Shown here piece by piece: positions 27,276 through 34,487 of a stretch of DNA of 36,921 bases; the stretch's first letter is position 1; every line of letters starts with the position of its first letter. The notes below the pieces were generated by a model. It was not told where the DNA came from and did no database searches. It worked only from the letters and a program-made list of their open reading frames with translations. The position numbers and the translations under genes are program-made. This stretch comes from Acidobacteriota bacterium (GTDB lineage Bacteria > Acidobacteriota > Blastocatellia > Pyrinomonadales > Pyrinomonadaceae), in contig JACCVS010000755.1 in the NCBI GenBank assembly GCA_013698055.1, positions 1-36,921 on the forward strand. The letters run 5' to 3'.

Positions 27276-27478
27276 TGGGCAATGCCCACACATCTCCTCT
27301 TGCTATTGCAACTTGGGATAAGTTCATTAGACGGATCAGGCTGGCAAAAGCATTTATTGACATGCACCGAACCTTTCAACTACAGTTTGAACGAAGTCCA
27401 GTCTGCGCCGATTGCTACAATATGAAGCGTTACATCAACGGTGACATAGTTAGTCCTCTTATCGTCTCTAATGATTAG
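27275..27478 (+). CDS. Hypothetical small protein (67 aa) exactly filling the wzx-to-glycosyltransferase gap
   Basis: The ATG at 27275 shares one nt with the wzx TGA (27273-27275). The TAG at 27476-27478 overlaps the downstream ATG at 27471. The only open frame in the gap runs flush between both neighbours. No recognisable motif apart from one CADC pair. Confidence 0.3.
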   Translation: MGNAHTSPLAIATWDKFIRRIRLAKAFIDMHRTFQLQFERSPVCADCYNMKRYINGDIVSPLIVSND

Positions 27479-28739
27479 TGGTCAAGATATAGTATGTATT
27501 GCCAGCATCGAATGGGACTTCTTGTGGCAGGGCCATCAGGAAATCAATTTGCGGTTGGCGCAAGCTGGAAACCGCGTCCTTTACATTGAAAATACAGGAG
27601 TGCGCTCGCCCGGACTCAGAGATGCGGGACGCATCTTAAAACGGCTTAGACGATGGATAAAGTCACTCCGCTCGAGCGGTGTGCGTCAGGTAGCGCCTAA
27701 TATCTATGTTTGCTCACCACTTGTCTTGCCTCCCTTGGGATCAGGCTGGCAACGTCAAATCAACCGGCGGCTACTGTTGCCGTTCGTGCGCCGCACGGCG
27801 CGTCGCTTAGGAATGGTTGACCCGTTGCTGTGGACATATTTACCGACCGACACGGCAGTTGAGATTATCAATCTGTTACGAATGCCCCGTAGTGTGGTCG
27901 TTTATTATTGTATTGCTGATTTCTCACAATTGACGCCGCGAGTTCACCAGTTGCGGCAAAGCGAACAGGCAATCCTTAAAGCGAGCGATCTGATCTTCGC
28001 GCAGGGGCCCGAATTGGCCGATCATTGTCTGCAATGGAACGATAATGTCCATATCTTTCCCTTCGGCGTGAATCTCGATGCCTTTCCTTTAGAGGATGGC
28101 ATTGAAGGCGAACATCGCTCGGATCATGCTCCAACCAAGTCACCATCAGTATTCTTAAAATCTCTTTCCCGGCCCATCATCGGTTATGTCGGAGGACTAC
28201 ACCGGCATGTGGATTTCGATTTATTAGTAGCGATGGCTCGTTCTCGCCCCGCCTGGTCATGGGTGTTTGTAGGCACGATTCAAACTGCCGTAGGCGAGTT
28301 GTCCGCCCTGCCCAACGTGCGGTTACTGGGCCAGAAACCACACTATGAATTGGTGAATTACATTCGCGCCTTCGACGCCTGCATCGTCCCTTATATGAGC
28401 AGCATCTATACTGATACTGTAGTGCCAACCAAGATCAATGAGTATCTGGCGGTCGGCAAGCCGGTTATTTCGACGGAACTCCCCGCCGTGTGTGATTTCA
28501 ATCAACGATATAATATTTTACAAACAACTCCCGCCGAGCCGGAGAGATTTCTTCAAGCTATCGAACAAGCACTCCAGATGCCGACAGATGAAGCAACGAT
28601 TATACAGCGCCGCACCGTAGCCGAGTTGGGTGATTGGACAGATCGCGTTGAGGTCATGAGCCGGTTGATTGAGAGCGAACTAGAAGCAAAAGAGATTCGG
28701 GAAAAGAAGCCCCGGTCAAAGGCCATTGCGGAGGCTTAA
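27471..28739 (+). CDS. Glycosyltransferase, GT-B fold (group 1, TuaH-like)
   Basis: Has DIVCIASIEWDFLWQGHQEINLRLAQAGNRVLYIEN at the N-terminus and PTKINEYLAVGKPVISTELP at the C-terminus. Confidence 0.75.
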   Translation: MISGQDIVCIASIEWDFLWQGHQEINLRLAQAGNRVLYIENTGVRSPGLRDAGRILKRLRRWIKSLRSSGVRQVAPNIYVCSPLVLPPLGSGWQRQINRRLLLPFVRRTARRLGMVDPLLWTYLPTDTAVEIINLLRMPRSVVVYYCIADFSQLTPRVHQLRQSEQAILKASDLIFAQGPELADHCLQWNDNVHIFPFGVNLDAFPLEDGIEGEHRSDHAPTKSPSVFLKSLSRPIIGYVGGLHRHVDFDLLVAMARSRPAWSWVFVGTIQTAVGELSALPNVRLLGQKPHYELVNYIRAFDACIVPYMSSIYTDTVVPTKINEYLAVGKPVISTELPAVCDFNQRYNILQTTPAEPERFLQAIEQALQMPTDEATIIQRRTVAELGDWTDRVEVMSRLIESELEAKEIREKKPRSKAIAEA

Positions 28740-28796
28740 ACAGCGCGCAGCGAAGATTCTTCACTGCACGTCGCTTAAGGAGAGACGGAAAACTCA

Positions 28797-29579
28797 TTGT
28801 CAAAGCAGGAATCAAAGATGTTGCTTCGGACTGAGGTGCTGGCCCATCGCCTTAAAAGTGCTATCAAAAGAGTTCTTCCACCAACTCTTTACCGCCCTAT
28901 CCTAACTCGTTTGAGAGGGACGAAACCGATTCCAGCAGATCTTTTGGCTCTGCTCAATCCCGTCAGCCGATTGCATGGTCTTGACCGGGGACTACCGATA
29001 GATCGCTACTACGTAGAGAAATTTCTCAGTGCCCACGCGCGCGATATACGGGGCCACACTTTAGAAATGGGTGATCCAAGGTACACGCATCAATTTGGCG
29101 GAGATCGTGTCTCTCATTCAGATGTGCTCCACTTCGTTCCTGGAAACCCGGAAGCAACAATAGTCGGCGACCTTACGTCAGAAACTCCTCTTCCACCAGA
29201 TACTTTTGATTGCCTAATCGTAATCAATACGTTTCTGCTCATTTATGATATTCGATCTGCGTTGAGGAATTGTTATCGCGCTCTTAAAGGAGAAGGTGTG
29301 CTGTTAGCACACTTTCCAGGTATCTGTCCGAGAATCCCTTATGGCCCGGCATGGACTGGCGACTACTGGCGCTTCACCTCAACTTCTGTCCGCCAACTAT
29401 GCGAAGAGTTCTTTCCGGCGAAAGATATAGAGATTGAATCTTATGGGAATGTACGCACTGCAACGGCTTTCCTCTATGGTTTGTCGGCGGAGGACTTGTT
29501 GCCTGCGGAATTGGATTACCATGATCGTGACTATGAGATGCTCATCACTGTTCGAGCTGTGAAGCATAAAGAGAAGTAG
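28797..29579 (+). CDS. Putative class I methyltransferase-like protein (divergent motif I)
   Basis: Has HTLEMGDPRY in the motif I position, IVGDL and FDCLIVINTFLLIYD in the motif II/III positions, and LKGEGVLL. AAGGAG lies 11 nt before the TTG start. A truncated paralog is present at 32146-32556 (minus strand). Confidence 0.55.
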   Translation: MSKQESKMLLRTEVLAHRLKSAIKRVLPPTLYRPILTRLRGTKPIPADLLALLNPVSRLHGLDRGLPIDRYYVEKFLSAHARDIRGHTLEMGDPRYTHQFGGDRVSHSDVLHFVPGNPEATIVGDLTSETPLPPDTFDCLIVINTFLLIYDIRSALRNCYRALKGEGVLLAHFPGICPRIPYGPAWTGDYWRFTSTSVRQLCEEFFPAKDIEIESYGNVRTATAFLYGLSAEDLLPAELDYHDRDYEMLITVRAVKHKEK

Positions 29580-30619
29580 TGAAAGTTACTCCAATAGTCA
29601 ATTGGGAGATTTTTCCACAGACCGGCCAGCGGAACGACTGGGATCGGCTGCTCTTAGAGAGCCAGGATTACAATGTCTTTCAATCCTATGGTTGGGGTGA
29701 ATACAAGCGCACCTTGAATTGGGTACCCATCCGCTGGATAGCAAGAAATAGGGGCGGGGCGGTGGCAGCAGTAGCTCAAATCTTGACCAGAAAGCTTCCG
29801 GGTGGCAGCAGTGTTGGATGGTCACCGGGCGGGCCTATCCTGATGTTTCCACAGACTCCAAGCCGTGATTTGGCGTCAATTATCGAATTACTATTGCGGC
29901 AAATCAAAGCGCAAAACAGCAAGGCGTGTGTTCGCTTCAACTGCTACCTCCCGCATCATGCAGGTCTGACTTATGCTTTTAGTCGGTCATGTGTGCGACC
30001 CCTTCTTAGTCTGACCACAGGGTATTCCGTTTGTCTGGATTTGGGGACTTCTTTGGCTCCGCTTGTTGGACAGATGAAGGCCAAGCATCAAGCTTATATT
30101 AAGAAGGCTTTGAGCTATCCGATTGAATGGAAGACCGGGCGTGACTCTCATTTCGTGCAGGAGTTCGTTAAACTTCATCATGAGATGACGATGGATAAGA
30201 GCCTTTCGTCATACCGCGCCAGTGCGCCCGAGATTTCCGCCTTATGTAAGCACCTCGATGAGCAAGCTATCATTTTTACAGGCTACTTTGATGGCGAGGC
30301 TCTCACCTCTTATCTGATCGTCCTCTGCGGTCAAAAGGCTTTCACCGTGATGGCAGCGACAGGGCGCAAGGGCAGAGAAATTGGAGCCTCTTACGGGGTG
30401 TTAGTTCAGTTGTTAGATTATCTGATAAACAGAGGCATCACGCAGTTTGATCTAGGAGGCTTAGACCCGCGAACCCCTGGGACGGAGGGGTCAAACCATT
30501 TTAAGAGAGGCTTCGGAGGGAAATTCGTAGAATATGTCGGAGAGTGGGAATGGTCTAGCACGGAGTGGGTGCGTTGGGTCACGAATTTCGCCATCTGGTT
30601 CCGGGGCAAGCGATTATGA
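29579..30619 (+). CDS. FemAB-fold / GNAT (Acetyltransf_6-like) transferase
   Basis: Has FQSYGWGEYK near the N-terminus and FDLGGLDPRTPGTEGSNHFKRGFGG near the C-terminus, both typical of Fem-family and BioF2-like proteins. The GTG start shares one nt with the upstream TAG (TAGTG). Confidence 0.75.
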   Translation: MKVTPIVNWEIFPQTGQRNDWDRLLLESQDYNVFQSYGWGEYKRTLNWVPIRWIARNRGGAVAAVAQILTRKLPGGSSVGWSPGGPILMFPQTPSRDLASIIELLLRQIKAQNSKACVRFNCYLPHHAGLTYAFSRSCVRPLLSLTTGYSVCLDLGTSLAPLVGQMKAKHQAYIKKALSYPIEWKTGRDSHFVQEFVKLHHEMTMDKSLSSYRASAPEISALCKHLDEQAIIFTGYFDGEALTSYLIVLCGQKAFTVMAATGRKGREIGASYGVLVQLLDYLINRGITQFDLGGLDPRTPGTEGSNHFKRGFGGKFVEYVGEWEWSSTEWVRWVTNFAIWFRGKRL

Positions 30620-31395
30620 GATGGAAGAGAGCCATCGCCAGAACTATCTCCGAGATTTCTGCGCTACAGAGAGGCCAGAGCGCGCCTCGCTCCGGTTTTC
30701 GCATCATGCTCTATCAGGCCGTCGGCTCGCCTCTCTCGCGTGATCCATACGGGATCAGCATTAAGCCGGAGCTGTTCGAGCGCCACATGAAAATTTTAGC
30801 CCAGAACACCGACGCTCATCTTGTCCCCTTCGCTGATGGCTGCGCAGTTGATTCTGCCTTTCGTGTGGCAGTAACTTTCGATGATGGGTACAGGGATAAT
30901 CTGCACACGGCAGCGCCAGTTCTGCTGAAATTTCGTATTCCTTTTACTGTGTTCGTCGTCTCTTCTTTTCTCAAGCAGCAAGATTCCGATTACCTGACTC
31001 CATCCGAGTTAAGGGAGTTAGCCGCTCTTCCCGGCGCGACCATCGGCTCGCACGGAGCGACGCATCTACAGCTCGCCAAATGCGACGATGCTACGCTGTG
31101 GCGAGAACTGCACGAGAGCAAGTGTGAGATTGAAGACATGCTCGGAGTCCCCGTCACGGGGATTGCTTATCCGCACGGCTCTGTGGATTTACGGGTGCGC
31201 GATGCAACCGCGCGCGCCGGTTATCTAACGGGCGGGTGCAGCCGGTTTGACATCAACGATCAGAGCCGCGATCCTCTTCTGCTCTCTCGCCGTGAAGTGG
31301 TGGCTGCGGATTCCGAAAGGACTTTCCTGCAAAAGCTGTATGGCGCGTGGGATTGGTATCGCTGGCGGATGCCAGACCCTGCGCGCGCCGAATAA
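30616..31395 (+). CDS. Polysaccharide deacetylase (CE4 / NodB-homology domain), copy 1
   Basis: Has VAVTFDDGY (TFDDG), GSHGATH (H-x3-H) and IAYPHG. The ATG at 30616 forms an ATGA overlap with the upstream stop and aligns with the paralog N-terminus (MRWKRAIARTISE versus WGWKRFAARAIAE). The ORF-track start at 30565 was rejected. Confidence 0.85.
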   Translation: MRWKRAIARTISEISALQRGQSAPRSGFRIMLYQAVGSPLSRDPYGISIKPELFERHMKILAQNTDAHLVPFADGCAVDSAFRVAVTFDDGYRDNLHTAAPVLLKFRIPFTVFVVSSFLKQQDSDYLTPSELRELAALPGATIGSHGATHLQLAKCDDATLWRELHESKCEIEDMLGVPVTGIAYPHGSVDLRVRDATARAGYLTGGCSRFDINDQSRDPLLLSRREVVAADSERTFLQKLYGAWDWYRWRMPDPARAE

Positions 31396-31517
31396 ATCCC
31401 AGCACTGTAAACATGATCGGTGGTTGCGTTCGAGCGATAGTTTGTGAAGGACAGCTTTCAGTGCCGAGATAAACATCGAGAGATGAAAAGAGTGATCGAG
31501 AAAGCTTTGATGGCAGC

Positions 31518-32160
31518 TTAAAGCGATTCTACGTCGAGCATTGCTGGAATCCCGGCCCGCTCCGGCTTTCGTTGATACGCTATACCTGCCGACCATCTCT
31601 GGGCGGGCAGTTCTACCAACTGATACAGCAAATAGGCGCTGAGGATAGTTGCTCCCAGCGCAATTACGTACACAGAGAGTCTTCCGGCGATGCCGTGTAC
31701 TCTGTGCAGAGAGAAGTCGAGAATTGCGCTCCCTACGCTGGCATGCATGAGATAAATCGAATAGGAAATCTTCCCGAAGAATTTGAACGGGCCTCCACTC
31801 GTGTTAAGGAACGCGATGGCTAAAGCTGTGGCGAGTCCGGCCATTGTTATCGCCGGGCCGAGACTCACCAGCAGGCACACCGTCAGGAGAGCAACTGCAC
31901 ATAAAAAGGACTTTGCTGCAAGTAGCTTCTTCCGATATTGATAGGTGATGATTCCTAAGAGGAAAAGAAAGACATAGTGGCAGACGAACGCTTCGGAGGG
32001 GGTAAGCAGAAATGTTAAGCCCAGGCAAATGAGCGATATGTTTCTGACCAATCTCCGTCGGTTACTTATCAGTGGATACAAAAGCCCGATAGATAAATAG
32101 AACTGGAACTCGATTGCTAGTGTCCAGTAAACCGGAAGAATCCAGTCATAGCCGAAGAAA
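31518..32160 (-). pseudogene. 3-prime fragment of an acyltransferase-3 (OafA/WecH-like membrane O-acyltransferase) gene
   Basis: This frame reads FFGYDWILPVYWTLAIEFQFYL (WTLAIEFQFY at 32097-32126), then hydrophobic helices and ISYSIYLMHASV, corresponding to the middle and C-terminal parts of the family. There is no ATG, and an in-frame TGA sits at 32175-32177. The roughly 150-aa N-terminal part typical of the family is absent. Confidence 0.65.
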
Positions 32161-32556
32161 CTGGAAAGTTTGGGTCACGATCATGCAATCGAATGCTTCT
32201 GTGGGGATACCCTGCCCGGTGGCCAAGTCACCGACGAGAGTGGCCTGCGGATTACCGGGGATGACGTGCAACACCTCTGAGCGGGTCACACGGTCGCCGC
32301 CGAACATGCGCGTATACTGCGGGTCTAAGATTTCAAACACCCGTCCCTGGATATCGGCGCTATGGCTTTGCAGAAAGGCGTCGATGTAGTAGCGATCAAG
32401 ACAACGCCCGCGATCCAGACCATAGAGACGGCTAATCGGCGTCAAGCGCCGGAGGTTGGCCCAATCAATCGCTTTGCGCCGCCGCCACCAAATGCGGAGA
32501 GGCCGGTAGATTGCCGGTGGCACGATCTTCTTAATTGTGTTCTTTAACTCGGGCAA
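32146..32556 (-). pseudogene. 5-prime fragment (136 codons) of a methyltransferase-like gene, paralog of 28797-29579
   Basis: It aligns by eye along aa 19-150 of the 260-aa paralog, for example RLYGLDRGRCLDRYYIDAFL versus RLHGLDRGLPIDRYYVEKFL, and FDCMIVTQTFQF versus FDCLIVINTFLL. It stops 3 codons after the last aligned block, so the C-terminal 110 or so aa are missing. Confidence 0.7.
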
Positions 32557-32798
32557 GGCAGTTTTCTCCAGTGCTCAGATGCCATCTCAGCTATGTTACA
32601 TTTAAAGTCTGCGTTATTGTTACCTAAGGTCAATTTTGAATCAAACGCTCCATCGCTGAACTGCGGCCACTATAGCAATTCTCAATTGGACGCGACTTGT
32701 TCAGAGTTCACGCTTGAGCGTGATTGTGATAATAGCCTAAAGGCTGAACTCTAAACTCGGTCGCACTCATTTGAGAACCACTATAATTAATCCAGACT
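32557..32798. promoter_or_regulatory. Divergent intergenic region with nested inverted repeats and four TGAAC/GTTCA half-sites
   Basis: AGAGTTCA (32703-32710) pairs with TGAACTCT (32745-32752), and TCACGC (32708-32713) with GCGTGA (32718-32723). GCTGAACT occurs at 32655-32662 and 32743-32750. GTTCA occurs at 32699-32703 and 32706-32710. Confidence 0.3.
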
Positions 32799-33578
32799 AT
32801 GTCATGGGGATGGAAAAGATTTGCCGCGAGAGCAATCGCCGAGGCTTCGGCTTTGACCGGAAGGGGCCGAGTACGCCCCGGCTACCGCGTCCTCCTGTAC
32901 CATGCGGTGGGGTCGCGACTCGCGCGAGACCCTTATGGAATCAGCATCGAGCCGAAATTGTTTGAGCGCCAGATGGAGGCTTTAGCCCGAAACTCACAAT
33001 TCAGCGTTGCCAGCTTTCACGCTCCCCAGTCATCACACGCGCAACTTCAGGTTGCCGTGACCTTCGATGACGGTTACAGGGATAATCTATACACGGCGGC
33101 TCCCATTCTTCTCAAATTTAAGATCCCCTTTACCGTCTTCGTGACCTCATCATTTATTCGGAGCCAGTCAGACGACTTCCTGACACCCGCCGAGCTGAGA
33201 GAATTAGCCTCTTTGCCGGGCGTGACCGTCGGGTCGCACGGGGCGACGCATCTCCCGCTCGACAAGTGTGACGATTCAACTCTCTGGCAAGAGCTGTATG
33301 AGAGCCGATGTTATATTGAAGATGTGACCGGGACTACGGTGAGAGCAATAGCCTACCCTCATGGTTCCGTCACTTTGCGGGTGCGTGATGCGGCGCAGCG
33401 AGCCGGTTATGTCATCGGAGGTTGCAGCCGATTCGATATTAACGATGAAGACCGCGATCCTCTTTTATTGTGTCGCTGCGAAGTGGTCGCGGCAGACTCC
33501 GAAAGGGTCTTCCAGCAAAAATTACGTGGGGCTTGGGATTGGTATAGACTGCGCGCCAAAGACCCCGCAGCCGGATGA
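32799..33578 (+). CDS. Polysaccharide deacetylase (CE4 / NodB-homology domain), copy 2
   Basis: Has VAVTFDDGY, GSHGATH and IAYPHG. It is collinear along its whole length with copy 1 (about two thirds of residues identical by eye). Confidence 0.85.
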   Translation: MSWGWKRFAARAIAEASALTGRGRVRPGYRVLLYHAVGSRLARDPYGISIEPKLFERQMEALARNSQFSVASFHAPQSSHAQLQVAVTFDDGYRDNLYTAAPILLKFKIPFTVFVTSSFIRSQSDDFLTPAELRELASLPGVTVGSHGATHLPLDKCDDSTLWQELYESRCYIEDVTGTTVRAIAYPHGSVTLRVRDAAQRAGYVIGGCSRFDINDEDRDPLLLCRCEVVAADSERVFQQKLRGAWDWYRLRAKDPAAG

Positions 33579-33638
33579 GAGCTTCTGCTCTGATGGTCTT
33601 GAGCCTCCGGGTTCCGGTTCCGAAGAGCCAGCGGCAGA

Positions 33639-34478
33639 ATGACTATGGGTAAGCTTGCCAGTCTAGGTAAAAGTTTTCACAGGCTTTGGTCGGTGCGGCG
33701 GCGATATCTTAACTCGCGCGACTGGCTCTACAGCTTTTATCACCGGATTCTCCTGCGTTTTCCGCGGCTACCGCTCCCGGAGCGAAATCATCTGCGCCAG
33801 GTGCGGCTGACAGAGGTGCGCGAGCCGTTTCATGTTCGTCTCGGCACAACAGACTGGTACGTCCTGGAAGAGATTTTCATTGATGGGGTGTATCAGCCGT
33901 TAATCAAGCTGCAAATCAAAGATGTCCGCCATATCGTCGATCTCGGAGCCAACTCTGGTTTTTCTATCCGCTTGTGGCAACTCAGCTACCCAACAGCTTG
34001 CGTGATAGGCGTCGAGCCGGATGCGGAGAATCTAGAGATGTGTCTCCGCAACGCATTAACTGGAACGACGGATGATCAATTAAAGTTAGTGCAAGCTTGC
34101 GTGGCGGGCAGGAGCCGCGCGGTTTCGCTGGAGCGGTCACGAGGAGCCTGGGAATTCAGAATGCAAGAGCCTGATCAGGCCGGTCAGGAATCCATCCGGG
34201 CGATAACGATGTCTCAACTCCTGGCCGAATGTAGAGTCGAAAGCCCGATTGACGTTTTAAAGTGCGATATTGAAGGAGCTGAATCTGAAGTCTTTGCGGA
34301 TTGCGGCGCGTGGATTCATCAGGTACGGAATCTGATCATCGAGTTACACCCGCCCTATTCATCCGAGCAGTTCTTAGCAGACTTGAGCCGGGGAGGAGCG
34401 CGGTTCGAGTTGTACTGCCGCACGCCCTGTGAGGGTGGCTCCGAGCTGTTATTTCTCCAACAAGCTGAGTTGAAATAA
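33639..34478 (+). CDS. FkbM-family methyltransferase
   Basis: Has IVDLGANSGFS and DVLKCDIEGAESEVF, both characteristic FkbM motifs. Confidence 0.85.
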   Translation: MTMGKLASLGKSFHRLWSVRRRYLNSRDWLYSFYHRILLRFPRLPLPERNHLRQVRLTEVREPFHVRLGTTDWYVLEEIFIDGVYQPLIKLQIKDVRHIVDLGANSGFSIRLWQLSYPTACVIGVEPDAENLEMCLRNALTGTTDDQLKLVQACVAGRSRAVSLERSRGAWEFRMQEPDQAGQESIRAITMSQLLAECRVESPIDVLKCDIEGAESEVFADCGAWIHQVRNLIIELHPPYSSEQFLADLSRGGARFELYCRTPCEGGSELLFLQQAELK

Positions 34479-34487
34479 ACGGCGGGG

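Noticed and set aside
30565-30615. N-terminal extension of deacetylase copy 1 as given in the ORF track
   Set aside because: The extension overlaps the FemAB-like gene by 55 nt and has no counterpart in the paralog. ATG 30616 gives an ATGA stop/start overlap and aligns with the N-terminus of copy 2.
28797-32556. Invertible-segment (shufflon or phase-variation) hypothesis based on the inverted methyltransferase paralogs at 28797-29579 (+) and 32146-32556 (-)
   Set aside because: The copies are similar only at protein level, with no long identical DNA repeats visible. No recombinase or invertase gene is in the window, and the inverted copy is truncated. An old rearrangement explains it better than an active switch.
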